Notes: a model not told the origin generated them from the sequence alone. 64,000 nucleotides of DNA from Candidatus Woesearchaeota archaeon (GCA_002867475.1 PKTL01000069.1:9382-73381), one strand, 5' to 3'; shown: positions 50,461 through 60,922, counted from the first letter of the stretch. Numbers and translations are program-made.

Positions 50461-51237
50461 ATGAATGTGTCAAAAATAATATTTGATAAATTGTTTATTC
50501 AAGGTTGTAGTATGAAAACCATAACTGCTTATGAATTGCAGCTAGAAAAGTTTCTTGAGTGGGTTGATAAGCCTCCATTAAAAGTCAAACAAAAAGATAT
50601 TGAAGAGTATACCAAATATCTAAGAAGAAATGATTATGCCCATTCAAGTATTAGGCTTTCCCTTAATGCTATCAAATATTATTTTGTGAAAATAATGAAG
50701 AGAAGGTTTGAGATTTCCATGCCTAAAAAACATGAGAAACACACAGGCGTTTGTGATAGAAATGAGATTGTTGAAGCAATTGATAATTTAAGAAATCCAA
50801 AGCACAAATTACTTCTTGCATTGCTATATGGTTCTGGTGTTCGTGTTAGTGAAGCTGTAAAGATTAGGCATGATGATATTTTTGATGATTATGCAGTTAT
50901 CAGGCAAGGTAAAGGAAGTAAAGATAGAAAGATAATAGTTTCTGATATTTTTCTAGAATTATATGAACCTTTTAAAAAAAGAAAAGGTTTTGTTTTTAAT
51001 GGTAGAAATTCTCATTTGACTGTTAGAAGTGTTCAAGAGATAGTTAAAAAAGCGTTTAAGGATAGACATGTTCATCCTCATATGTTAAGAGCAAGTTTTG
51101 CAACGCACCTTTACGAGTCAAGTGTTGATAAGCATAAGATCCAAAGATTACTTGGTCATAAGGATGTGAGAACTGTTGAAGTTTATACTAAGTATTCAAA
51201 GTTCGATCCAGAAGTTAAAAGCCCTTTAGATATTTAA
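50461..51237 (+). CDS. Tyrosine recombinase, integron-integrase-like but without the IntI-specific insertion
   Basis: LLYGSGVRVSE, GKGSKDR, HMLRASFATH, LLGH, VYT; C-terminal KSPLD. Confidence 0.93.
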   Translation: MNVSKIIFDKLFIQGCSMKTITAYELQLEKFLEWVDKPPLKVKQKDIEEYTKYLRRNDYAHSSIRLSLNAIKYYFVKIMKRRFEISMPKKHEKHTGVCDRNEIVEAIDNLRNPKHKLLLALLYGSGVRVSEAVKIRHDDIFDDYAVIRQGKGSKDRKIIVSDIFLELYEPFKKRKGFVFNGRNSHLTVRSVQEIVKKAFKDRHVHPHMLRASFATHLYESSVDKHKIQRLLGHKDVRTVEVYTKYSKFDPEVKSPLDI

Positions 51238-51289
51238 AACATTTAAAAAAACAATAAATTTAAATATTTAGATTATCTAAATGTTTGCT

Positions 51290-51553
51290 ATGGGAACTAT
51301 AACTGTAAATGTATCGGACGAGACTGAAAAAATGTTTAGAGAAGCTGTAAAACAAAATATTGGAATAGGAAAGGGGGTCCTCGGAAAAGCTATAGGCGAA
51401 GCTATGAATATGTGGGCTGAAGAAAAAGAAAGAGAAGAAAGAAGAAGAAAAGCTATTGAAAGACTTGAGAAAGGATTTGATTTAGGGAATTTTTCTTATA
51501 AGAATAGAGAGGAATTATATGGAGATAGATTTAAAAAGTGGGATAAAAAATAA
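51290..51553 (+). CDS. VapB-like antitoxin
   Basis: MGTIT.NV...E..FR...W; GF.LG...REELY; upstream of the PIN gene. Confidence 0.75.
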   Translation: MGTITVNVSDETEKMFREAVKQNIGIGKGVLGKAIGEAMNMWAEEKEREERRRKAIERLEKGFDLGNFSYKNREELYGDRFKKWDKK

Positions 51554-51971
51554 TATTGAGAAAAAAGTTTTTATTGACACTAATATTTTTATTTATGCTT
51601 ATAATAATGAGAATTCTAAAAGAAATATTTGCTTGCAGATTGTTAAAAACTTATTTAAAAATAAAATTTCATATATAAGTATTCAAACATTAAGTGAACT
51701 TTCTAATGTTCTATTACACAAAATGAAATTATCCAACTTGGATTTAAATGAAGTTATATATGAATTGGTCGAATTTGGAAATCTTTGTGAAATTAAATCA
51801 AGCACAATTATTAAAGCAATAGATATACATAAAAAATTTAAGATTCATTTTTTCGATGCACAGATTGTTGCTACTATGATTCAAAATGGTGTTGATACAA
51901 TATATACTGAAAATGTGAAGGATTTTTCTAAAGTTCCTTTTATTAAAGCTATTAACCCTTTAGATATTTAA
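51519..51971 (+). CDS. vapC: VapC PIN-domain toxin
   Basis: FIDTNIFIY, FFDA.I.A, IYTEN.KDF, NP. Confidence 0.88.
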   Translation: MEIDLKSGIKNNIEKKVFIDTNIFIYAYNNENSKRNICLQIVKNLFKNKISYISIQTLSELSNVLLHKMKLSNLDLNEVIYELVEFGNLCEIKSSTIIKAIDIHKKFKIHFFDAQIVATMIQNGVDTIYTENVKDFSKVPFIKAINPLDI

Positions 51972-51972
51972 G

Positions 51973-52042
51973 CCACTGGACACTGGACACAACGAAGAAA
52001 TTGTTTCTTCGAGCATCCACTGGACAAAAAGTCCACTGGACA
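51973..52042. promoter_or_regulatory. ORB-like repeats (TCCACTGGA/CACTGGACA x4) upstream of cdc6, candidate oriC
   Basis: Copies at 51974, 51981, 52018, 52034; the core resembles the archaeal ORB TCCAnTGGA. Confidence 0.55.
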
Positions 52043-52151
52043 TTCACGCTTAAGCCTTTTAAACTGTTTTTCCCATAAATGAAATTATGATTAAAAATTT
52101 CAATCAATTATTAAAGCAAATTTTATATATGAGGCGATAAAAATGAAAACT

Positions 52152-53222
52152 ATGGGAATGTTTGATGACATGTTAAAGCAAGGAGAATCCTTGTTCAAGG
52201 ACGCAGTAGCATTAGATTATGATTATATTCCCAAACTTGTTCCTTTCAGAGAGACTCAACAAAGGTTTGTTGCTGAAAGCATTAAACCATTATTTAGTCA
52301 GAGAAACGGCAAGAACATGCTTATTCATGGACCGCCAGGAATCGGTAAGACTGTTGCTGTAAGACATCTTCTAAAAGAGTTAGAAGAAAAAACTGATGAA
52401 ATAGTTCCAATTTATGTTAATTGTTGGCAGAAAAATACCACTTTCAAGATACTGATGGAGATCTGTGACCAGTTAGGATACAAGTTCACACATAATAAGA
52501 AAACGGATGATCTTTTCAAGATAATTGAAGACTACTTAAACAAAGATAGTGTTGTTTTCGTCTTTGATGAAGTTGATAAGCTTGAAGATGAAGATTTCTT
52601 ATATATGATATTAGAAAAGATTTACAGAAAAACAATATTGTTGATTACGAATTATCAAGAATGGCTTGTGAATCTTGATGAGAGAATCAGAAGCAGACTT
52701 ACTCCTGAACTTTTAGAGTTCAAGAAGTATAATGGTAACGAGATAAAAGGAATACTTAAACAAAGATTAAATTATGCTTTTGTCGATGGAGCACTCCAAG
52801 ATGATGCTTTTAATGAGATTGCTAAAAAAACTATTGAGATGAGTGATATAAGACAAGGTCTTTACATGCTAAAAGAAGCTGGAAATATTGCTGAAAGCAA
52901 GTCTAGTAAATCTATTTGTTTAGAACACGCAACTGAAGCTATTAAGAAATTAGAAGAATTTACGATAAAGAAAACCGATGATTTGGAGACTGAAGAAAGA
53001 GTTATATTAAACATTGTGAAAACTAATCCTGGTAAAAAGATTGGTGAGCTTTTTGAGATCTATCAATCTAATGGAGGAGTTGGAGTGTATAAGACTTTTC
53101 AAAGGAAGATAAAAAAGCTTGCCGATAACAGATTCTTACATGTGAAAAAGGTTACTGGTGGAAAGGATGGCACAACAACTATTGTGAATACTCCCCAAAG
53201 TACTAAATTAACTGATTTTTAA
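52152..53222 (+). CDS. cdc6: Orc1/Cdc6 replication initiator
   Basis: L..DY.P...P.RE, GPPGIGKT, VNC, DEVD, RIRSRL. Confidence 0.92.
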   Translation: MGMFDDMLKQGESLFKDAVALDYDYIPKLVPFRETQQRFVAESIKPLFSQRNGKNMLIHGPPGIGKTVAVRHLLKELEEKTDEIVPIYVNCWQKNTTFKILMEICDQLGYKFTHNKKTDDLFKIIEDYLNKDSVVFVFDEVDKLEDEDFLYMILEKIYRKTILLITNYQEWLVNLDERIRSRLTPELLEFKKYNGNEIKGILKQRLNYAFVDGALQDDAFNEIAKKTIEMSDIRQGLYMLKEAGNIAESKSSKSICLEHATEAIKKLEEFTIKKTDDLETEERVILNIVKTNPGKKIGELFEIYQSNGGVGVYKTFQRKIKKLADNRFLHVKKVTGGKDGTTTIVNTPQSTKLTDF

Positions 53223-53243
53223 AAAAATAAGAAAAGAAAAAAA

Positions 53244-53510
53244 TTATTCTTTAGTTTCTTCTAAAGCTTCTTCTGCTTGTTCAGCTCCTTCTTCAGCGTT
53301 TTCTGTTTGAGTTTCTTCTTTAGCTACCTCTTTCTCTGCTTCTTTAGCAGCTTGCTTAGCTCTAGTTTTCCCAGCTTCAAACTTCTTCTTCAACGCTTCT
53401 TCTTTTATCTTAACACCTGCACTAGACCTATTACAATCTCTACACATACGAGTATAGTTCAAGAATTTTGTTGCACCACATAATTTGCATTTATCATATA
53501 TTTTAGCCAT
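53244..53510 (-). CDS. Small Zn-finger-like protein with acidic tail
   Basis: CKLC...CRDC; GAGG RBS. Confidence 0.65.
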   Translation of the reverse strand: MAKIYDKCKLCGATKFLNYTRMCRDCNRSSAGVKIKEEALKKKFEAGKTRAKQAAKEAEKEVAKEETQTENAEEGAEQAEEALEETKE

Positions 53511-53610
53511 TTTAATCCTCCAAAAAAGGGTTCTAACCTATACTTAATTGGTTTGATGTTTATATATGTTTAGGACAAAGTTAATAAAGGACCAATACCA
53601 AGATTTCGTG

Positions 53611-54114
53611 ATGATAGAAATAGATAAAAAAGATGTTTTCAAAATGATAAGACCTTACCCTCTAGTTTTTGTCATGACTATTGATGGTGAAGGCAAACCT
53701 ACAGGCATGGCTTGCGGGTGGCATATGAAATGCAGTTTGAATCCTCCTCTTTACGCTGTCGCGTTGAAAAAAGGAAAATATACTCATGAAATGATTAAGA
53801 ATTCTAAAGAGTTTGTTGTTGCTTTTCCAAGTCATGAACTCGAAAAAGAGATTGAATATTTTGGAACCCGTAGCGGAAAAGAGTTCGATAAATTTAAAAA
53901 AACAGATATAAAAACTAGAGAATCAACATATCTTCGTGTGCCTCTTGTAGAAAAAGCAAGTATCAACATGGAATGTTTTCTTCAGGATACTTTTGAGACA
54001 AGCGATCATACAGTCTTTGTGGGAAAGGTTGTCTCAGCACATTATAAGCCAGGACAAAAATTGCTTTTTTATCTTGGTCAAAAAGAAGGTGTAAGAGAAT
54101 TCAAAGAACTGTGA
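53611..54114 (+). CDS. Flavin reductase family protein
   Basis: P.P, S..PP, G..SG...DKF, DH.VFVG.V. Confidence 0.88.
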   Translation: MIEIDKKDVFKMIRPYPLVFVMTIDGEGKPTGMACGWHMKCSLNPPLYAVALKKGKYTHEMIKNSKEFVVAFPSHELEKEIEYFGTRSGKEFDKFKKTDIKTRESTYLRVPLVEKASINMECFLQDTFETSDHTVFVGKVVSAHYKPGQKLLFYLGQKEGVREFKEL

Positions 54115-54156
54115 CTATTCAAAAGTTATAAAAATAAAGACATTTTTCTTTTTCAT

Positions 54157-54855
54157 ATGAAATTTAGAAGTACTCCAAGTGGAAGAAAATCCCCAGTGAG
54201 AAGAGTGTATGGCGGTTGGGATGAAAAAGGTAGTGAAAAACCTTTAAGACAGATCATAGAAGAATCAAGTGGAACATCCAGTAATAACCCCTCAAATATT
54301 AAAATTGATGAAAATAATAGACCCTATAAAAAAATATTAGAAGAAGTATCAAAAAGATTAAAAGTACCTTATAATGGTATACTTGTTAATTATTCTGATG
54401 ATCAAATATATTTTAGAGCAAAAGTAAGAAGAGATAGTGAGACTAGCAAATTAGTTTTCACATATATTTGGGAATCAGTTGAAAGCAATACTCAAAATCA
54501 AGATTTAACTTATTTAAACAATGCGATCTTAAAAATAACCCCTAATGAAGAAACATCTCTTTTAAATTCAACACATTATTATGAAGAAAAAGCAAATACA
54601 TTAACAGAGGATAACTTTTCAAAAGTAGATATTGAAGGACTAGAAAGTTTATTATTGACCACTGCAGCGCACATTGTTGGAGTGCCCGAACTGAAAAAAG
54701 AATTAGCATATTCATGTCAAGATATCTATCAAGGTCTGACAATTCCAAAAATTAAAGAAAAAAAAGAAATGGTTCAAAGAGCGATCTTGAAAAAAAAAGA
54801 ATTAGAAAAAATGACAGGTTTTGACCCTGAAAAAGATCTTAAAAGTTTATATTAA
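54157..54855 (+). CDS. Hypothetical protein
   Basis: 232-aa ORF. Confidence 0.6.
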   Translation: MKFRSTPSGRKSPVRRVYGGWDEKGSEKPLRQIIEESSGTSSNNPSNIKIDENNRPYKKILEEVSKRLKVPYNGILVNYSDDQIYFRAKVRRDSETSKLVFTYIWESVESNTQNQDLTYLNNAILKITPNEETSLLNSTHYYEEKANTLTEDNFSKVDIEGLESLLLTTAAHIVGVPELKKELAYSCQDIYQGLTIPKIKEKKEMVQRAILKKKELEKMTGFDPEKDLKSLY

Positions 54856-54858
54856 AAA

Positions 54859-55803
54859 TCACATAGCTTTTAATCTCTCAATCCTATCATCAATTGGTGG
54901 GTGAGTGCTAAAAAGGTTGCTCCAAAACCTACCCGTCTTGGTTTTCTTTCTTCTAAAAGGATTATTGATAAATAAGTGCGCTGTTGCTTTATTAGCATGG
55001 TCGACCAATGGATCAGGATCCCCTTTTATCTTTTCAAGCGCGCTAGCAAGTCCTTTTGGATATCTTGTAAACATAGCACCTGATGCGTCTGCTAAGTATT
55101 CTCTTTTCCTACTCATTGCAAGCTTGAACAATAGAGTGAAAAATGGGGCGATGATAGCAAAAAGCAACCATAAAAGAAGTGCTATAGCTTTAAATTTGCC
55201 ATCATCCCTACTGCTTGACCTTGTTATAGCTATGTAATAGAACACGGTTCCAAGAAGTGTAAAAACACCTAATAAACCGGCAACATAAAGCATTAGCTTG
55301 ATATCTTGGTTTTTTATGTGAGCTAATTCATGAGCAACAACACCTTCTAATTCTTGTCTGTTCAACTTTTCCATCAACCCAGTTGTTACAACAATATATG
55401 ATTTTTCTGGCTTAAAACCTGTAGCATAAGCATTGAGCGCTGTGTCCTTGATCACATAGCATTTTGGAACTGCTTTTAGTCCTGCTGCTATACTTAAACC
55501 TTCCACTGTGTGAAAGAGGTGAGGATAATTTTTCCGTGAAACTTCATGTGCTCCTGTCGCGCTAAGGATCATCTTGTCACCTTTGCTCAAAAAATAAAAT
55601 AAATATCCAAGGATTACTAATAAGGTGATAGGATAATAAAAATAAAAATTTGAAAGAGTCTGTTCAGTATTGAAATTTGATGTAACACCTGCAATCAGAT
55701 AAGTTGCAATTGCAAATATCAAACTAGAAAAAAGAAAAAAAGCTGTTAGAACAAGCATTGATTTTCTCTGATTGCTTCTTATCTCATCAAACATGTTACG
55801 CAT
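54859..55803 (-). CDS. htpX: HtpX-family M48 metalloprotease
   Basis: NAYATG, HELAH, REY.AD, STHP. Confidence 0.93.
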   Translation of the reverse strand: MRNMFDEIRSNQRKSMLVLTAFFLFSSLIFAIATYLIAGVTSNFNTEQTLSNFYFYYPITLLVILGYLFYFLSKGDKMILSATGAHEVSRKNYPHLFHTVEGLSIAAGLKAVPKCYVIKDTALNAYATGFKPEKSYIVVTTGLMEKLNRQELEGVVAHELAHIKNQDIKLMLYVAGLLGVFTLLGTVFYYIAITRSSSRDDGKFKAIALLLWLLFAIIAPFFTLLFKLAMSRKREYLADASGAMFTRYPKGLASALEKIKGDPDPLVDHANKATAHLFINNPFRRKKTKTGRFWSNLFSTHPPIDDRIERLKAM

Positions 55804-55832
55804 TTTAAATTACCTATTATTCATTTCTTTTT

Positions 55833-55963
55833 TAATATTTGTTAGGGCACGGCGCCTTAGAAAATTTCAAACACTAAAAGCAAAAAATTGCTTTTTTGCA
55901 CAGAAGTTTGATAAACTTCTTGTGAATGAAATTTTGCGCCTCATTTGGCGCTAACAAATATTA
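55833..55963. repeat. Intergenic multi-hairpin (REP/MITE-like) element
   Basis: Outer IR TAATATTTGTTAG/CTAACAAATATTA with internal hairpins. Confidence 0.6.
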
Positions 55964-55972
55964 TAAAAAAGA

Positions 55973-56533
55973 TTAAAATTCGACTTTCACATTCTTTTTT
56001 TCTTCAGCTGTTGCTTCAAAGCTTTCTTCAGCCTTAAAATTGAAGATTCCTGCAAAGATATTATTTGGAACTGTTTCTATTTTAGTATTGTACACCATTA
56101 CCATATCGTTATAATGTTGCCTAGCATAACTTATTTTATTCTCAGTTCCGGTTATTTCTTCTTGTAATTGCATGAAGTTTTGATTAGCTTTTAGATCTGG
56201 ATAATTTTCACTTACTGCAAATAAGCTTTTCAACGCTCCACTAAGAACATTGCTAGTTTCTGCTTTTTCACCTATTGTTTGTGCACCCATCATAGCAGTC
56301 CTTGCTTTAGTAACGTTTTCCAATAATTCCTTTTCATGCTTAGCATAACCTTTAACAGTATTTACAAGGTTAGGTATAAGATCACTTCTTCTTTTTAGCT
56401 GAACATCTATTTGAGCCCAACTATTTTTAACTTGATTTCTCAATCTAATAATACTATTGTAGATACCTATTACAACTACTAAAATCACTACCGCGCCTAT
56501 AATAGTAATGATCAATCCAATTCCTAATGCCAT
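55973..56533 (-). CDS. lemA: LemA-family protein
   Basis: [22 protein letters not shown]. Confidence 0.95.
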   Translation of the reverse strand: MALGIGLIITIIGAVVILVVVIGIYNSIIRLRNQVKNSWAQIDVQLKRRSDLIPNLVNTVKGYAKHEKELLENVTKARTAMMGAQTIGEKAETSNVLSGALKSLFAVSENYPDLKANQNFMQLQEEITGTENKISYARQHYNDMVMVYNTKIETVPNNIFAGIFNFKAEESFEATAEEKKNVKVEF

Positions 56534-56684
56534 AATTTATCACCTTTTATTAATGATTCAGCCTACAAAGAATGTATATATAAAGTTTTCTTATAAAACA
56601 TAATACCAATCAATTTGAGTATATAACCTGTAAGATTAATTCTTAGAATTCATAGTTTAATATAAAAAAAAAAATATGAAAGCC

Positions 56685-56876
56685 TTAATTTTTATTTTGT
56701 CCATTTATCCAATTTACTCCAATAAGTATCCCACAAAATATACCAATGACAAATAAAAGAGCTTCAGGAGCTTTATGTCTTGACAATAATACTGCAAGGA
56801 TTCCAATTGCTGGAGCAATACCAATCAAGGCTTTTTTTGGAATATTAATAAAATTTTTGTTTGATTTCTGTTCCAT
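56685..56876 (-). CDS. Small membrane protein
   Basis: Two hydrophobic segments. Confidence 0.5.
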   Translation of the reverse strand: MEQKSNKNFINIPKKALIGIAPAIGILAVLLSRHKAPEALLFVIGIFCGILIGVNWINGQNKN

Positions 56877-57041
56877 GATTGAAAACAGGAGAATTGGATA
56901 TAAAAAACTTTCTAGAAGACAAAATAAATTAAAAACTTGTTTTGATTAAATTTTAATTGATTGATTTTGATTATTGTGAATATGGTTGATTAAACGAATT
57001 ATTTATAATTAATAAAAACAATATATTGTTTGGTGGTATGA

Positions 57042-57206
57042 ATGATAACTAATCTGTCAAAAGATGAAAAAAGATTTTTGAGATATGCAACAAGAAGACA
57101 CATATTAGAAGTGGAGAAAAATATGAATATGGGTGAACCCTTATTTCAGTTCACAAGCGAAGAAAAATATGTTGAATTCTTAGAGAAACTTATGAAAAAA
57201 TTATAA
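57042..57206 (+). CDS. Small hypothetical protein (54 aa)
   Basis: Read manually; GGTGG RBS and TTTATA box upstream. Confidence 0.4.
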   Translation: MITNLSKDEKRFLRYATRRHILEVEKNMNMGEPLFQFTSEEKYVEFLEKLMKKL

Positions 57207-57230
57207 GATAAAAAAATTAAATAAGAAAAC

Positions 57231-58327
<1,097 letters not shown>

Positions 58328-58370
58328 CAATGATCACCTCAATTTATAATTAAGAAAATAATAAAGGAGT

Positions 58371-59465
58371 TTATAACTTTTTCGAAGAGTAAACATCTTC
58401 AAGAAATTGTTCATATTGATTGATGATAGGTGTTGTTCTTTCACTTACCTCTAACTTATTAAGCATATCTATACCAGCTTGAAATAAAGGTTTTATCTTA
58501 TTTTTTATATGGATAAAAGTTCTTTCTTCAATACTTTCTTTAGAAGATTCTAAAAGATCATATATTTCAACACAATTATTAGCAAGATATGATAGAAGTT
58601 GAGTAGATGGCTCTTTTTTTCGAACAATGTTTTCTGTCAACATCAAAATATCTTCATTGAATCCTTCTATATACCATTCTAATGAAGTGTTAAAAATCTC
58701 TTTTTCTTCATAATATTTGCTTATCGCTTTCGCTTTTCTTGCTAAATGACCTGATTGCCTGAAAGACTTACCGTATGAAAAATCTTTTTTTATACGTTTT
58801 TCAAGTTTGTAAGATTTTAATAATAGATTTATATCTTCCCGACCCTCATCACTATTCTTATCGCATAAAAGAGATAATTTTTTTGTATAGAGCATCACGA
58901 CTTTTCTTTTTGTATCTATATTTATCACAGTTTTATCCATTAAATCATAAGCTTTATCCAAGTGATACATCAATTTTTCATCCCATTTCATGAATTCTTT
59001 TGATTTTTTATTTTTTCCTTCACGTACAAAATTATCAAGTATTGTTTCTATCTTCCCGCAAGATAAGTAATGTGCAAAGAAAAGAGTTTTTTTATCAGCT
59101 GTTTTTTCAACTGATACCTGTAAAGACCTATATGATTCTCTAAGAAAGCCCAAATCGCCAGTTTTTCTATACATAATATTTTCAAAGTTTGATTTTGTAA
59201 AATTAAGATTTGCTATGTCTTGATGATAGCTAAATTTAGAAGGTTCTTCAACCATAAGATTTTTTAGTTTTTCATTAGCAATATCTGTAGCTTTAACCAA
59301 TGATTCCAATAATTCATCAGAGATATCCTTATAATTCTTATTTTTTACTTCTCTTGAGTGTTCTCTAATAACTCCAAGTGCTTGACCTATATTATCATAA
59401 TCTTCATTTAATATATCATCTAAGTTTCTTGTTCTTGTATCTGAAGCTGAACTTGATCGACTCAT
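58371..59465 (-). CDS. Hypothetical helical protein
   Basis: 364-aa ORF. Confidence 0.65.
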   Translation of the reverse strand: MSRSSSASDTRTRNLDDILNEDYDNIGQALGVIREHSREVKNKNYKDISDELLESLVKATDIANEKLKNLMVEEPSKFSYHQDIANLNFTKSNFENIMYRKTGDLGFLRESYRSLQVSVEKTADKKTLFFAHYLSCGKIETILDNFVREGKNKKSKEFMKWDEKLMYHLDKAYDLMDKTVINIDTKRKVVMLYTKKLSLLCDKNSDEGREDINLLLKSYKLEKRIKKDFSYGKSFRQSGHLARKAKAISKYYEEKEIFNTSLEWYIEGFNEDILMLTENIVRKKEPSTQLLSYLANNCVEIYDLLESSKESIEERTFIHIKNKIKPLFQAGIDMLNKLEVSERTTPIINQYEQFLEDVYSSKKL

Positions 59466-59603
59466 AATTATTAGAATGAGACTTATATTAATAAATCTTA
59501 CTCTAAAATATTACTATTTAGTAGTAAAATTATTCAAACAAATTCTTATTTTCAGACATTTTCAAACAATAACTTTTTAAATCTGCAGATTCCCATAAAA
59601 ATT

Positions 59604-60470
59604 ATGGAAGAGCTTCTACTTGGCGGACAGGCTGTTATTGAAGGTGTGATGATGAAAGGAAAAAATCATTACGCTGTTGCGGTCAGAAAAAATGATGGAG
59701 AGATATTAGTAGATCATAACATATGGGATTCTTTAACACAGAAACTAAAAATATTCAGTTTCCCAATAATTAGAGGAGTTGTCAGCCTTGTTGAAATGAT
59801 GGTATTGGGAATAAGAACATTAACATATAGTGCTAATGTAGCCGCAGAAGATATGGATGAAAATCTTAGTGGAACAGAGATCTTTTTTACGATACTTGTA
59901 TCTTTGCTTTTCTCTGCACTTCTTTTCATATTACTTCCATTATTCCTATCAGGACTCATCATAAATAATAACAATATTTGGTTTAACATACTTGATGGAG
60001 TTTTAAGGATCTTAATATTTATAGGATATGTTCTTGCTATTGGAATGATGAATGATGTAAAAACATTATTTGAATATCATGGCGCTGAACATAAAACTGT
60101 TCATGCTTATGAAGCTAAAGTTCCTTTAACAGTAAAGAATGTGAAAAAATATAGCACTTTACACCCTCGATGCGGCACTAGTTTTGTTTTCATAGTTCTT
60201 ATTGTTTCAATCATTGTTTTTAGTCTTGTAAGGCCTGAAACGTTTTTGATGAAACTTGTTTCTCGATTGACATTGATACCTTTGATTGCTGGAATATCTT
60301 ATGAGATCTTAAAGATCAGCGCCAAGAAAAAAGATAGTTTTTTGTTCAAACTTATTGTTCTTCCAGGTTTAGGAGTTCAAAAGCTTACAACACGAGAACC
60401 AAGCAATAAACAATTAGAAGTTTCTATTGAATCTATAAAGAAAGTCATCGCGCTTGAAGCAAAAAAATAG
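59604..60470 (+). CDS. DUF1385-family membrane protein
   Basis: GGQAVIEGVMM, YHGAEHK, HPRCGTSF, T.EP. Confidence 0.92.
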   Translation: MEELLLGGQAVIEGVMMKGKNHYAVAVRKNDGEILVDHNIWDSLTQKLKIFSFPIIRGVVSLVEMMVLGIRTLTYSANVAAEDMDENLSGTEIFFTILVSLLFSALLFILLPLFLSGLIINNNNIWFNILDGVLRILIFIGYVLAIGMMNDVKTLFEYHGAEHKTVHAYEAKVPLTVKNVKKYSTLHPRCGTSFVFIVLIVSIIVFSLVRPETFLMKLVSRLTLIPLIAGISYEILKISAKKKDSFLFKLIVLPGLGVQKLTTREPSNKQLEVSIESIKKVIALEAKK

Positions 60471-60499
60471 ATAGAAAATTTCTTTTAATGTTTACCTTT

Positions 60500-60922
60500 T
60501 TAAGTTCTGTTGTTTATCTCTTCAATCAACAATTTTTTGAATCTATCTCTTGTAACAAGACCTTCAACTTTCCAACCGTCTAGTTTTGATAAAGATTCTT
60601 CTTTCTCATTGTTTTTTGCTGCATCCTTAAACTTACTAATTATACTTTGCATATGATTAAGATCAGATGATAATATTTTGGCTAATGATTCAACCTCTAA
60701 CTTAAGGTCTTCAATTCCTTTTTCAAAACTTGAAATAGATCCATCCCAACTTTCATCACGAACAACCATAGAGTTATTTACTTCTTCAAACTTATCTTCC
60801 ATGTTTTTGAATCGTCGAGAGATTCCTTTAATCTGTTTTTGAACATCTTCTAGAAAAATCATTTCATTATGGATTTTTTCCATCTCTTTTTTCTTATCAG
60901 AACCTAAATTGATTTCCATCAA
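60500..60922 (-). CDS. Hypothetical coiled-coil protein
   Basis: 140-aa ORF. Confidence 0.6.
   Translation of the reverse strand: MMEINLGSDKKKEMEKIHNEMIFLEDVQKQIKGISRRFKNMEDKFEEVNNSMVVRDESWDGSISSFEKGIEDLKLEVESLAKILSSDLNHMQSIISKFKDAAKNNEKEESLSKLDGWKVEGLVTRDRFKKLLIEEINNRT

Noticed and set aside
40734-51971. Provirus or tandem IS elements
   Set aside because: No capsid, packaging, replication or transposase genes; IRs are cassette-specific and no target-site duplications were seen at cassette ends.
56930-57030. TTGATT-rich AT tract
   Set aside because: Low complexity, irregular spacing, no supporting context.
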